DNA of 64,000 nucleotides from Eledone cirrhosa (Eukaryota): NCBI GenBank assembly GCA_964016885.1, contig OZ024750.1, positions 25,296,001 to 25,360,000 of the forward strand, read 5' to 3'. Shown piece by piece: positions 1 to 12,996 of this stretch (position 1 is its first letter; each line of letters starts with the position of its first letter). The notes under the pieces were generated by a model. It saw only the letters and a program-made list of their open reading frames with translations, ran no database searches and was not told where the DNA came from. The position numbers and the translations under genes were made by a program.

Positions 1-254
1 CTTGGTTATCCAGGAAAATATTTGGTGGAAGACTTTGGAAGAGTTTCTTGGTTATTCAGGAAAATATTTGGTGGAAGACTTTGGAAGAATTTCTTGGTTA
101 TCCAGGAAAATATTTGGTGGAAGACTTTGGAAGAGTTTCTTGGTTATTCAGGAAAATATTTGGTGGAAGACTTTGGAAGAATTTCTTGGTTATCCAGGAA
201 AATATTTGGTGGAAGACTTTGGAAGAATTTCTTGGTTATCCAGGAAAATATTTG
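1..254. repeat. 46-bp minisatellite (~5.5 copies, runs off the window start)
   Basis: Unit CTTGGTTATCCAGGAAAATATTTGGTGGAAGACTTTGGAAGA(G/A)TTT repeats at positions 1, 47, 93 and onward. Confidence 0.95.
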
Positions 255-1069
255 AAACAGTTTCTCAGTTATTCAAGAAAAATGAAAAATTGTAAACTCT
301 CATAAAAAGAGAAATTAATTTTTAATTATATATTTATTTTTTAAAAAATAGAATTACAATAAAGAAAAAGAAAATGAAATTTCATTAGTGTGATTGTTGG
401 CATTTGGTGCTGAAATTTGTTACCTGAATAATTATATTGTTGTCAGTCGTAAAGTTATCAGTTGACAACATTTCTGTTGGTTGGGTTTGTAATGGAGAAT
501 TAGCAACATCGGTAAAGAATATTATTGAAATTTAAAGAAATTAACATAATGCAAAATATTATTTAAATCTTAGAATTCTTCCATCAAACATATAGCTAAG
601 GTGTTAAAGACATTTATTAATTAGTAGACATTTATAAAATAAATTTGAATTGAAAGTAATATTTGTTAATGAAAATTAAATTTCACATTTGTTGATTCTT
701 TCGATTTCTCTTGGGTTGTTATTTACAAATGTATGTATGTGTGTGTGTATGTGTATATATGTGTGTGAGAGTGTGTGTATATTGTGTGTGTATGTGTGTG
801 GACATCTGATTGACTTAAGAAATATTGGTCCAATTTGAAATGTGTGTGTCCCAACTCAAATGACTATAATAATAATAGTCCATCACTTTAAATAATAGTT
901 GAGAAACTTGTGTAAAGTACCCCCTGGAGATGGAAAGCAATGGACAGAGGTTCCTTGTTGGGGGGACGACATGAAATGACATATTTTTCTACTTTGTAAG
1001 TTTTTATTCAGTGGTTAGTGACTTCTATTATTGCTGATCTTTGGTTGTTGTTGTTGTTGTTATTATTAA

Positions 1070-1106
<37 letters not shown>

Positions 1107-1165
1107 GGAAAAGCTGGTCATATTTACAGCCACAAAACTATGATAATGCAAAAATAAGTGAAATT

Positions 1166-1203
<38 letters not shown>

Positions 1204-1278
1204 TATACGACGATGCAATTCACTTCTAACACTCAACATCATATTACTTCCTAAAAACAAGGATGGCGGAGTATATTA

Positions 1279-1360
1279 ATAAAGAAGAAAATGTGAGGTT
1301 TAAAATGTTAGGGTCCTTTATTAATAAAGGACCCTAACATCTTCAACTTTGCATTTTCCT

Positions 1361-1366
<6 letters not shown>
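1279..1366. repeat. Fold-back (inverted repeat) element abutting (TA)n
   Basis: ATGTTAGGGTCCTTTATT|AATAAAGGACCCTAACAT is a perfect core centred at 1322/1323, with imperfect outer arms. A related arm occurs at ~30206-30258. Confidence 0.8.
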
Positions 1367-1411
<45 letters not shown>

Positions 1412-1619
1412 GTGTGTGTGTATATATATGTATACAGACATGCACATACACACACAGCAATATTTTTAAATGTTGCATGGTAAAAATTGTATGTTTTTCC
1501 TTCTTGTTTAGTTACTATAATAATTAAAATATCATTTGTTTAAAAATCTCTGATGTTTATAGATTATAAATTGTGGTGTATATATTCTATAAGATTGTTA
1601 ATTTTAACTGTGTTGTTGC

Positions 1620-2183
1620 AGTGTGTATGTTTGTGTGTGTTTAATAATAATATATATAGGTCTGTATGTTTGTGTGTTTTAATAATGATATATATAGGTG
1701 TATGTTTGTGTGTGTTTAATAATGATATATATAGGTCTGTATGTTTGTGTGTGGTTAATAATAATATATATAGGTTTGTATGTTTGTGTGTGTTTAATAA
1801 TAATATATATAGGTCTGTATGTTTGTGTGTGTTTTAATAATGATATATATAGGTCTGTATGTTTGTGTGTGGTTAATAATAATATATATAGGTTTGTATG
1901 TTTGTGTGTGTTTAATAATAATATATATAGGTTTGTATGTTTGTGTGTTTTAATAATGATATATATAGGTCTGTATGTTTGTGTGTGGTTAATAATAATA
2001 TATATATAGGTCTGTATGTTTGTGTGTGGTTAATAATAATATATATAGGTCTGTATGTTTGTGTGTGTTTTAATAATGATATATATATAGGTCTGTATGT
2101 TTGTGTGTGTTTTAATAATATATTTAGGTCTGTATGTTTGTGTGTTTTAATAATGACATATATAGGTGTGTATGTTTGTGTGT
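1620..2183. repeat. ~36-39-bp AT/GT-rich minisatellite
   Basis: Repeated TAATAATATATATAGGTCTGTATGTTTGTGTGTGTT with small indels. Confidence 0.9.
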
Positions 2184-2570
2184 AAGTGTATATAGGAATA
2201 AAATCAATGTACAATGGGGAGTAATTGAAATATCTAAACTAAATGTTAAGTAAAATTTCTAATTCCTGCAACTGATCAGAAATTGGGTCTAGTCAAGATT
2301 TATCTGACGTAGAGAGTTTAATTTTCATGTGGTGTTCAGCATTCAGGTGTTATGAAAAGATAGCAAATGTAATGTTGAACATTTTAGGGACAGTAGCTTC
2401 ACACAGTGATACTATCTCTTTCAAATGGTATGTTGTATATTTGAGGGACAGTAGCCTCACACAGTGATACCATCTCTTTCAAATGATATGGTGTTGAGTC
2501 AGTTATAACACTGGTCAGTTATAATGTAATAATGTACTGTTGGTTTCAGTGATTAGTTCTACCTGCTATA

Positions 2571-3110
2571 GGACATGGTCACACAAAAGTGGACAGTACT
2601 AGAACAAGCTGTCTGTTCTCTATAGGACATGGTCACACAAAAGTGGACAGTACTAGAACAAGCTGTCTGCTCTCTATAGGACCTGGTCACACAAAAGTGG
2701 ACAGTACTAGAACAAGCTGTCTGCTCTCTGTAGGACCTGGTCACACAAAAGTGGACAGTACTAGAACAAGCTGTCTGCTCTCTGTAGGACCTGGTCACAC
2801 AAAAGTGGACAGTACTAGAACAAGCTGTCTGCTCTCTGTAGGACCTGGTCACACAAAAGTGGACAGTACTAGAACAAGCTGGCTGCCCTCTATAGGACTT
2901 GGTCACACAAAAGTGGATGGTAGTAGAACAAGCTGTCTGCTCTCTGTAGGACCTGGTCACACAAAAGTGGACAGTACTAGAACAAGCTGTTTGCTCTCTG
3001 TAGGACCTGTTCACACAAAAGAGCACAGTACTAGAACAAGCTGTCTGCTCTCTGTAGGACTTGGTCCTACAAAAGTAAAAGTGGTTGATTCTAGAACAAG
3101 GTGTTTGTTC
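2571..3110. repeat. 54-bp minisatellite (~10 copies)
   Basis: GGACCTGGTCACACAAAAGTGGACAGTACTAGAACAAGCTGTCTGCTCTCTGTA at 54-bp period. This explains the repetitive ORFs 2559-3173 and 2589-3146. Confidence 0.95.
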
Positions 3111-3513
3111 TCTAGACACAACACAGCTAGTAGTGAGAGAATATGAAGTGAAGAAGCTTGACCAGTGGACCAAATCTGCATTAATTCAGCCCAGAGGGGA
3201 TTGTCAGACTTGCTTGCTTGTAGACGTGTGTGTGTGTGGTATGCCTACATGTGCGTGTATGTGGTATACCCTACATGTTCATGTATATGTGTGTGGTATA
3301 TCTACATTGATGTGTGTGTGTGAGAAATTGTGTTATAAAAATACTCAACTCTTCAGTTTAATCTGAATGTATAAATTAAAATACTTTGAACTATTACTAA
3401 AGTATTGATGGATATGAAGTCTAATATCAGATGATATTGATCTAACAGAAAACTATCAGAAGAAATAGTAAACAATTAACTAGCATTAACTATATATGTG
3501 TGTATGTATATGT

Positions 3514-3690
3514 GAATCCCGCATTCAATTGGGGGTAACCACAGTTAACAAGGTACTCAATACATTAGTAGAGTGTAAACATCAAGTTTAGTATAGAAAT
3601 GGCTTCTACAGGACTAGAACTGTTTTGTTCAAAAGAAATCATCAGAAAAGCCAGATGATTTCTCTTGAATGAAATAGTTCTAGTCTTATA
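3514..3690 (-). mobile_element. Dispersed pLTR-like fold-back repeat, family B
   Basis: ATAGAAATGGCTTCTACAGGACTAGAACTGTTTC with a partial inverted copy and a CTGATGA...GAAA hammerhead-like core. The family recurs at ~20363, 21659, 23150, 30143, 32270, 36884 and 57055. Confidence 0.65.
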
Positions 3691-4168
3691 TATACATATA
3701 TGTATGTGTGTGTGTGTGTGTATGTGTTCATACATGTATGCATGTGTGTGTGTATATATATGTGTGTGTGTGCTAACAGGGATAACAAACAAATGATGTT
3801 GATTGTCTGTGTGTGATTGTTCATGTGTCATAGTAGATAGAACGCAGGTCTAGACTTTTGGCCAAAATTAATTTCTACTCACTAAACTTCAACAAACTGC
3901 TGTCTTTAAGTTTCAATTTGATGTGACCCTTGGGGGTCAGATCAAACCTGCTTAATTATTTAGAGGAAGGATTGAGAAACTTGTTTGGAGAAAAGTCAAA
4001 CTGGAAATGTTTTTTGTTTTTTTTATGTTTGGTGGGTCAAAGAATTTGAAAAACAAAGAATATTTGTAACAATGGTTTTGATGAGTGGGTGTGATTTTAG
4101 AGACTGAATTAAACAAATCAAATAATGATGTGGAGGAATTTGTAGTTTATTTGAAGCATTGTATATGG

Positions 4169-4406
4169 TATAAAGAAATCGAAGTTTGAAAGCCACTACA
4201 ATGCGAATTGGACGGATAAACAAACAAGTTGGATGAAACAAGATGTGTCTTTTACCTTAATTTATTTAAGTGTCCTGATATTTCGAGATTAAAACCTCCT
4301 CTTCCGAGGATAAGGTAAAAAACACATAACATCTTGTTTCATCCGACTTGTTTGTTTACTTGTCCAATTCACGTTGTTGTGGCTTTCAAACTTTGGTTTC
4401 TTTATA
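4169..4406. mobile_element. Fold-back element with ~90-bp arms and a degenerate hammerhead in the loop
   Basis: Arms TATAAAGAAATCGAAGTTTGAAAGCCAC... and ...GTGGCTTTCAAACTTTGGTTTCTTTATA. The minus strand at 4274-4309 reads CCT-CGGAAGA-GGAG..CTC-GAAA-TATC-AGG. Confidence 0.7.
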
Positions 4407-4964
4407 AATGATGATGTGTTAGTGTGTATACCTGCACATGTATGTATGTGCACATATGCATGTACTCATTTATGCACACATATACAAGCAATCATATGCA
4501 TGTTAATTACTACAGTTAACTATAACCATTGTAATTAAGACTCTGCTGAAGAACATCCTGTGTGTTTGTGTAAGTATTGCCATGTCTCTCTGTCTATGGG
4601 TATCTGTTTACCTGTGTATGTATGTATGTATGTGTTTGTGTGATTCTGTGGGTATTTGGGTAAGTGAGTGTTTGTGTCTGTGATTGCTTGTGTAATATGT
4701 CTGCCTGTCTGTGTATTGTTGTCTCTGTGAGTGCCTGTCTGTGTATTGTTGTCTCTGTGAGTGCCTGTGTGTGTATGTCTGTCTGTGTAAGTGTGTATGT
4801 CTGTGAATATATTCAGTTTTAAACTAGTGAATTGTTATTTGTTTTCTATTATTTGTTTGTTCCTTTGTTTGTTTTCATATCTTCTTTCCCCAAATCTTTT
4901 CAATTCCAAACTCTATAAAACAACTAATAAACAATGTTATAATTTTGAAATTGTTGTTGATTCT

Positions 4965-5430
4965 GTTTGATCCAGTCACATCATACAATCATAGTCATAG
5001 ATGAAGGTTAATTTAAATTTAATCCACTCATATATTGTCATATAGCTAAGGTCAAATCAACAGGTTTGATCCATTCATCTCGTGCAGTCGTACAGCTAAG
5101 CTGAAATAGTTGAAGGTTAACATTAAATTTGATCCACTTACACCATATAAGCTAGAGTAGATGAAGGTTTGATCCAGTTACGTCATAGTCATATAGCTAA
5201 GCTCAAATAGATGGTTTGATCCAGACATATAACAAAGTCATACAGCTAAGCTCAAATAGTTGAAGGTTAACATTAAATTTGATCCACTTACACCATATAA
5301 GAAAGAAGTAGATGAAGGTTTAATCCAGTTACGTCATAGTCATATAGCTAAGCTCAAATAGATGGTTTGATCCAGACATATAACAAAGTCATACAGCTAA
5401 GCTCAAATAGTTGAAGGTTAACATTAAATT
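4965..5430. repeat. Degenerate tandem repeat with a ~170-bp higher-order duplication
   Basis: Recurrent TTTGATCCA...CATA(T/C)AGCTAAG subunits. Roughly 5090-5260 is duplicated at roughly 5260-5430. Confidence 0.75.
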
Positions 5431-6094
5431 CGTCAAAAAAAAAAAATAATTTAAAAATAATTGTTACTTAAATCATGAAACAAAACTTGAATAATTAACT
5501 ATTACTGTTAAATCTAAACATTCAATCTTTACTGGTGAAACTAGTCGACTAACTAAATTGTTAAAACATTGTGGTATTTAGTTACAACCCTTTATATTCT
5601 GAGTTGAAATCTTGCTGAGGTCAACTTTGCCCATCATTGTTCCTGGGTCAATAAAATAATGTACCAGAAATATACTGGGGTCAATTTACTTAATTAACTC
5701 CAACCCTCCAGCCATGTCTACGTTTCTGGCCTTGTGCCTATGTTAGAAATTATTAATGCTGTCACAATTAATGATATAACAATGGATTAAATACAGAAAG
5801 GTATTTAATCCCATTTCTCAATTACTTCTGTTTAAATCCTGCTGGTATAAATTTTTGTTTCATCATTGATTTCCAAGGTTTATAAAATAAATATAATCAA
5901 TCGAACTCACCTGAGTATATTACCCACCAGCCCAGCGCAACCCACCAGCCCAGCGCAACCCACACCACCCCTCTCCCATAAAACGGAGACCATGTGCCAA
6001 TGTAATAAATACTTTTGTTTCTTTTAGTTGTTGCTTGTTTTTTTATAATTTTGCTGCTCATTTTTTATTGTTATTAATTATAAACCAAACTAGC

Positions 6095-6285
6095 GCGGTG
6101 GATTGGCAGTATCAGTAGAGGGTCGGACGCCATGCTTTGCAGCATAGAGTTACGGCCCTTTATGATCTGAGTTCAAATCCCGCCGAGGTTAACTTTACCT
6201 TTCATCCTTACGGGTCGATAAAATAAAGTAGCAGTAATACACTGGGATAATTGCTGGCATTGTGCCTATATAAGAAACCATTATT
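6095..6285 (+). mobile_element. tRNA-derived SINE, family 1 (~190 bp)
   Basis: A-box-like TGGCAGTATCAGTAG, B-box GAGTTCAAATCC, conserved body TTTCATCCTTACGGGTCGATAAAATAAAGTA, and an ATT-type tail. There are about 20 full or partial copies in the window. Confidence 0.9.
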
Positions 6286-6614
6286 TATAAACCAAGCTAT
6301 TAAATCTATATTTTATTTGCTTCATTATTTTTTATTGGAATTTGTAGGAAAAAATTATGTATGTATGTATGTATGTATGTATGTATATATATATACATGT
6401 AAGTTTGTATATATATATATGTATATACATGTAAGTTTGTATATATATATATATGTATACACACGTAAGTTTATATATATGAATGTATGTGTGTGTGTGT
6501 ATATATATACTTGTAAGTTGGTATATATCCAAGTATGTATGTATGCATGTTAGTATCTATACGTATGTTATATGTGTAGGTATGTATATATACATGTCGG
6601 ATTGTATAAGTATG

Positions 6615-6656
<42 letters not shown>

Positions 6657-6763
6657 AGAGAGAGAGAGAGAGAGATCTGTCGGTTTGTATAAGTATGTCA
6701 GTATGTATATGTATACATGTAGGTTTGTATATGTATGTAGATGTGTATATATAAGTCTGGATG

Positions 6764-6795
<32 letters not shown>

Positions 6796-6999
6796 AGTAT
6801 ATGAGTAAGTCTGAATGATTTCCAACTCTAGAAAAAATATCTTAGTATTTTGTACATTTGTAAATATTTAATTAAAGGTTTGCTTCTTCCATTTTTTAAT
6901 TCATTCACATTCAACTTTTACCAAGTAACCTGCTCTTGAAAAAGCACATTTTTATTTCTTCTATTTCATTTATTATTATTATTGTTATTATTATTATTA

Positions 7000-7220
7000 G
7001 GGTGGTGGATTGACAGTATCAGTAAAGGGTCGGACAACATGCATAGAATTACGGCTCTTTAGGTTTTGAGTTCAAATCCCGCCGAGGTTAGCTTTGCCTT
7101 TCATCCTTATGGGAGTCGATAAAATAAAGTACCAGTAACGCACTGGGTCGATTTAATTGATTTTCCCCTCCTCCACAAAAAAAAAAAATTTGCTGGCCTT
7201 GTGCCTAAATCAGAAACCAT
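7000..7220 (+). mobile_element. SINE family 1 (longer variant)
   Basis: Same head, B-box and body as the copy at 6095. Confidence 0.88.
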
Positions 7221-7374
7221 TTTTTTTTTTTTTTTTTTTTTTTAAAGAAAAAAATTAAACAATTAATACATATTAAAAAAAATTAATTTTAAAAAAAGAT
7301 GGAGAAATTGATGCATTTTTTGTTGATTAACTAGAAGAATAGGAAATAGGTGGATATTATTTTCTGCTCGAATG

Positions 7375-7562
7375 GGCAGTGGATTGGCAGTATCGGTAGG
7401 GGGTCGGATGGGATGCTATGCAGCATAGTTACGGCCCTTTACGGTCTGAGTTCAAATCCCGCTGAGGTTAACTTTGCCTTTCATCCTTACGGGTTCGATA
7501 AAATAAAGTACCGGTAATGCACTGGGATAATTGCTGGCCTTGTGTCAAAAGCAGAAACAATT
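7375..7562 (+). mobile_element. SINE family 1
   Basis: Full-length copy. Confidence 0.9.
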
Positions 7563-7964
7563 ATTTTTTCCGCTCTAATTAGCATGCTCACCATCATCAC
7601 CATCCCCAAGTAATACCACTATTGGGGGAAATTGTCTCTAATTAACAGTTTTGCCCACATTTGCTGACATTAAATATATATTGGATTATAATTTATTTGC
7701 TAAAAATGATTTGCAAATTATTCTTTCATTTTTGCCAAAAAAGCAAAGAAAAAAAGTTGAAAAAAAGAAATAGAAGAGAGGATCAGAATATTTTTTGACA
7801 AAAAAAAAGTCATTTATTTATTTTGTGAGAAATTTTTTTATGTAATTTTTTACCATGGAAGTGTGTAAGCAACGATTTCGGACATGGAGCTCTGGGCCCA
7901 ACCATTGAGATCTATGAATGATGGTTTCTGTCTACCATGGAAGTGTGTTCTCTTCTTTTATTTT

Positions 7965-8019
7965 ATACATACATATATATATTTGTATTATATATATATA
8001 TTATTTATATGTATATGCA

Positions 8020-8069
<50 letters not shown>

Positions 8070-8386
8070 ATATATATGTATAATGTCTATGTATATATAT
8101 ATATATTATTTATATATATATAATATATATGTATAATGTCTATGTATATATATATATATTATTTATATATATAATATATATGTATAATGTCTATGTATAT
8201 ATATATATATTATTTATATATATAATATATATGTATAATGTCTATGTATATATATATATATTATTTATATATATATAATATATATGTATAATGTCTATGT
8301 ATATATATATATATTATTTATATATATAATATATATGTATAATGTCTATATATATATATATTATTTATATATATAATATATATGTA

Positions 8387-8424
<38 letters not shown>

Positions 8425-8531
8425 TGTGTATTTATATACATATAATATATATATAATGTATATATAATATAATATCCATATAATATATTATGTGTGTATA
8501 TATATATATATTATATCCATATAATATTGCA

Positions 8532-8566
<35 letters not shown>

Positions 8567-8917
8567 TGTGTATATATATATTATATCCATATAATATTGC
8601 ATGTGTGTGTATATATATATATATATATTTTGTGTATATATATAATATATATTATACATATATAATATATACGTAATATATATATATTTTATATACATAA
8701 TATATTTTTTCTATATATTATATACATATAATTTATATAATATATACATATTATATACATATAATGTATATAATATATATATATATTATATACATATATT
8801 ATATATATATCTATATATATATATATATATCTGTATGGGTGAGTGTAATATGATTTTATATGTAAGTGAATATATATATATATACACACGGAAAGAGAAA
8901 GGAAAAGAATGTGTATG

Positions 8918-8950
<33 letters not shown>

Positions 8951-8960
8951 GTGTGTGTGT
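7965..8960. repeat. Compound (TA)n-rich low-complexity tract
   Basis: (TA)n with repeated ATAATGTCTATGT spacers. Confidence 0.9.
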
Positions 8961-9214
8961 GTCAACATGAGAGCTCCAATTATACATCAAAAGTGAGAGA
9001 CTGTATACCGCTTATCTTATGTTAATGGTTTTTGACGTAACATTTATTAATGCTTTTCTGCATTCATTTCATGAATTTTATTGGACTGATGAATAAAATA
9101 ACACTTCATCTTCTCATGTGTTTCATTTATACTAAACATTAACGTCTGTTTTACATCTGTTTACCACATTGTTTTACATCTGTTCATCACACTCTTTTAC
9201 ATCTGTTTATTTTT

Positions 9215-11190
9215 GGTGGTAGACTTTATCTGTCACCCAGTTTAACACCACCACCTGGTCCTTGTGTGGTAGACTTAATCACGTCACCCAGTTTAACACC
9301 ACCACCTGGTCCTTGGGTGGTAGACTTTATCTGTCACCCAGTTTAACACCACCACCTGGTCCTTGTGTGGTAGACTTAATCACGTCACCCAGTTTAACAC
9401 CACCACCTGGTCCTTGTGTGGTAGACTTTATCTGTCACCCAGTTTAACACCACCACCTGCTTCTTGGGTGGTAGACTTAATCACGTCACCCAGTTTAACA
9501 CCACCACCTGCTTCTTGTGTGGTATACTTAATCACGTCACACAGTTTAACACCACCACCTGGTCCTTGGGTGGTATACTTAATCACGTCACACAGTTTAA
9601 CACCACCACCTGGTCCTTGGGTGGTATACTTAATCACGTCACCCAGTTTAACACCACCACCTGGTCCTTGGGTGGTATACTTAATCACGTCACCCAGTTT
9701 AACACCACCACCTGGTCCTTGGGTGGTATACTTAATCATGTCACACAGTTTAACACCACCACCTGGTCCTTGGGTGGTATACTTAATCACGTCACCCAGT
9801 TTAACACCACCACCTGGTCCTTGGGTGGTATACTTAATCATGTCACACAGTTTAACACCACCACCTGGTCCTTGGGTGGTATACTTAATCACGTCACACA
9901 GTTTAACACCACCACCTGGTCCTTGGGTGGTATACTTAATCATGTCACACAGTTTAACACCACCACCTGGTCCTTGGGTGGTATACTTAATCACGTCACC
10001 CAGTTTAACACCACCACCTGGTCCTTGGGTGGTATACTTAATCACGTCACACAGTTTAACACCACCACCTGGTCCTTGGGTGGTATACTTAATCACGTCA
10101 CCCAGTTTAACACCACCACCTGGTCCTTGGGTGGTAGACTTAATCACGTCACCCAGTTTAACACCACCACCTGGTCCTTGGGTGGTATACTTAATCTGTC
10201 ACCCAGTTTAACACCACCACCTGCTTCTTGGGTGGTAGACTTAATCACGTCACACAGTTTAACACCACCACCTGGTCCTTGGGTGGTATACTTAATCACA
10301 TCACACAGTTTAACACCACCACCTGCTTCTTGGGTGGTAGACTTAATCACGTCACCCAGTTTAACACCACCACCTGGTCCTTGGGTGGTAGACTTAATCA
10401 CGTCACCCAGTTTAACACCACCACCTGGTCCTTGGGTGGTAGACTTAATCACGTCACCCAGTTTAACACCACCACCTGCTTCTTGGGTGGTAGACTTAAT
10501 CACGTCACCCAGTTTAACACCACCACCTGGTCCTTGGGTGGTATACTTAATCACGTCACCCAGTTTAACACCACCACCTGGTTCTTGGGTGGTATACTTA
10601 ATCTGTCACCCAGTTTAACACCACCACCTGGTCCTTGGGTGGTAGACTTTATCTGTCACCCAGTTTAACACCACCACCTGGTCCTTGGGTGGTAGACTTA
10701 ATCACGTCACCCAGTTTAACACCACCACCTGGTCCTTGGGTGGTATACTTAATCTGTCACCCAGTTTAACACCACCACCTGCTTCTTGGGTGGTAGACTT
10801 AATCACGTCACACAGTTTAACACCACCACCTGGTCCTTGGGTGGTATACTTAATCACGTCACACAGTTTAACACCACCACCTGCTTCTTGGGTGGTATAC
10901 TTAATCACGTCACCCAGTTTAACACCACCACCTGCTTCTTGGGTGGTAGACTTAATCACGTCACCCAGTTTAACACCACCACCTGGTCCTTGGGTGGTAG
11001 ACTTAATCACGTCACCCAGTTTAACACCACCACCTGCTTCTTGGGTGGTAGACTTAATCACGTCACACAGTTTAACACCACCACCTGCTTCTTGGGTGTA
11101 GACTTAATCTGCCACACAGTTTAACACCACCACCTGCTTCTTGGGTGGTAAACTTGAACTTTCACCTAGTTAAACACTAACACCTGGCAC
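9215..11190. repeat. 51/50-bp GC-richer minisatellite (~39 copies)
   Basis: Unit GGGTGGTA(T/G)ACTTAATCACGTCACCCAGTTTAACACCACCACCTGGTCCTT. Occasional 50-bp variants shift the reading frames. Confidence 0.97.
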
Positions 11191-11395
11191 TTGAATAGTT
11201 TTAGTGGAGTTCTCTCTGTTACAAATGTTCAGACAAGATCAGAGAGTTTCTCCAGATAAAGCCACTACTTCCCTGCATTGATAGATCACAGCTCTGATAC
11301 TACAGACATGAGGTCAGTATGTCGAAGGAAACAATCACTGGATCAAGAAATGACTGCAGTTAAATAAAGTACTCAATACATTCGGAGAAAATAAA

Positions 11396-11431
<36 letters not shown>

Positions 11432-11555
11432 GAAACATATCAATTGTTTCATTGTTTTGTTTGGAGCAGATATTAAAGGTAGGTTTCAATACCTGGTGCT
11501 GAGTCTGAGAAGAAACAAATGAAATACAAAGATCACGAAATTAAGATTGGGACAC

Positions 11556-11623
11556 TTTATTTCACTTAATATTACAGAATGTAGTGAAACAATAAATAAT
11601 AAAACTTGTTTATTATATTTATT
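11556..11623 (-). terminator. Candidate polyadenylation signals of the minus-strand gene
   Basis: AATAAA on the minus strand at 11618-11623, 11609-11614 and 11556-11561, 0.7-0.8 kb after the stop codon. The region is AT-rich, so chance occurrence is possible. Confidence 0.4.
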
Positions 11624-12330
11624 TTGTCAGGGATTTAAATCATTGTTTTGAATTGAAAATAAATACATTTGTAAATATATAACCACTGGCACATGGATAT
11701 GGGATGTGAAAAATATAAAGAAATTATTTATTTGTATCAGGATGGCATTGAATGTCTATTAGAAAGTATTCTAACTAAATTAACTACAGTTATTGTTCTT
11801 TGTGTGTGAAAATGAGTGGAGATTTTTCTAAACTTTTTCCGACTTATTCAAACTTATTGGAAAGATAATCTGTTTCATGGTTTCTATATGGAAATTATGA
11901 ATAAAATAAATAATTGTTTCTACTTTTGGCACAAGGCCAGCAATTACCCAGAGCAATACTGGTACTTTATTTTATCGACCCCATAAGGAATAAAATAAAT
12001 AATAGTTAGTTTTTCTTATCATTAAATGTAAGGCTTGTTCATGGTAAACAATAAATATATTTTCATTGATTAAATAAATTCTAAGTTAAATGCTGGATTA
12101 TCATAACTTGTAACTATTGCTTGCTGAATGAGCCATTGTTCCAAAACTAATCAGAGATGAATTAAAGTCAGTTTTAACAAAATTAAGGAGCTGGATGAAT
12201 AGATAGCATTAAACAATAAATATATGGAACATTTTAGCTTATTTGACACGATTGTGAATTTGGAATATTCTGTGTAATGACAAGCCATTTTTCGACATTT
12301 ATAATGGAAAGTTTCAAAGTGTAGTAAGAT

Positions 12331-12996
12331 TTATTTCTCAAGATCTGACAAATGAATTTTCCCAGAAGGTTCCAGTTTTGTTACTGTTGGAGACAAGTAA
12401 CCACTGTAACGATTTCGAAATCTACTCGTAAATACTCTCCCTGATCGTTTCCTTTCATCAACAGCAGGAGCTGCCACCATTTGCTCAGCTTCTCTTTTGG
12501 AGACCAAGTTGTCCAATCGTTTTTCTAGTTGGAATGCTTTATATCTTTTTAAGAATTCCGACAGTAAGGGGTCTTCATATTCTGCCAACATTGTTGATGG
12601 TCTAGGTTCATGAGCTTTCTTCATTAACATATATCGATATCGATTGGCGAACGAACCATCTGGTGAAACAGTCAAGCCATTGTTTCGGTTAAATGCAACA
12701 TTACCACTTCGTATATAGAGTTTCAAAAGCTCCATCACTTCTCCTTGACAAAGATCATCGTCTTTCAGACATTTTTCACAAAGCATCAATGCTTCAGGTT
12801 GGAAGCAACACTTTGATACAAGTGGTTGTAAAGTGTTTGGCAGCTTAATACATGATTTACATATCATTTCTTTCATTGAATTAGCTGAACAACCTTGGTT
12901 GCCTTCTGACTCCCCCACGAACACAAGTTGTATTGTAAAGCTCAGAATGAGGATGTTAACTAATGTACCTCCAACAACACTATATTTAGCAGCCAT
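12331..12996 (-). CDS. Secreted cysteine-rich neuropeptide/prohormone-like precursor (221 aa)
   Basis: The only long non-repetitive, non-TE ORF. It has a hydrophobic N-terminus (about aa 6-27) and 8 Cys spaced C-x9-C-x2-C-x13-CC-x8-C-x2-C-x6-C. Downstream are KK, KR, KR, KR and RKR convertase-type sites. The ATG directly follows the acceptor TTCTTTTCTTCTCTGTTTTTTCAG. Confidence 0.85.
   Translation of the reverse strand: MAAKYSVVGGTLVNILILSFTIQLVFVGESEGNQGCSANSMKEMICKSCIKLPNTLQPLVSKCCFQPEALMLCEKCLKDDDLCQGEVMELLKLYIRSGNVAFNRNNGLTVSPDGSFANRYRYMLMKKAHEPRPSTMLAEYEDPLLSEFLKRYKAFQLEKRLDNLVSKREAEQMVAAPAVDERKRSGRVFTSRFRNRYSGYLSPTVTKLEPSGKIHLSDLEK

Noticed and set aside
9215-11190. Long ORFs (282, 384 and 239 aa) read as a repetitive protein, or the array read as CRISPR
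   Set aside because: Pure tandem repeat with no unique spacers and with frameshifting 50-bp units. There are no cas genes and the context is eukaryotic.
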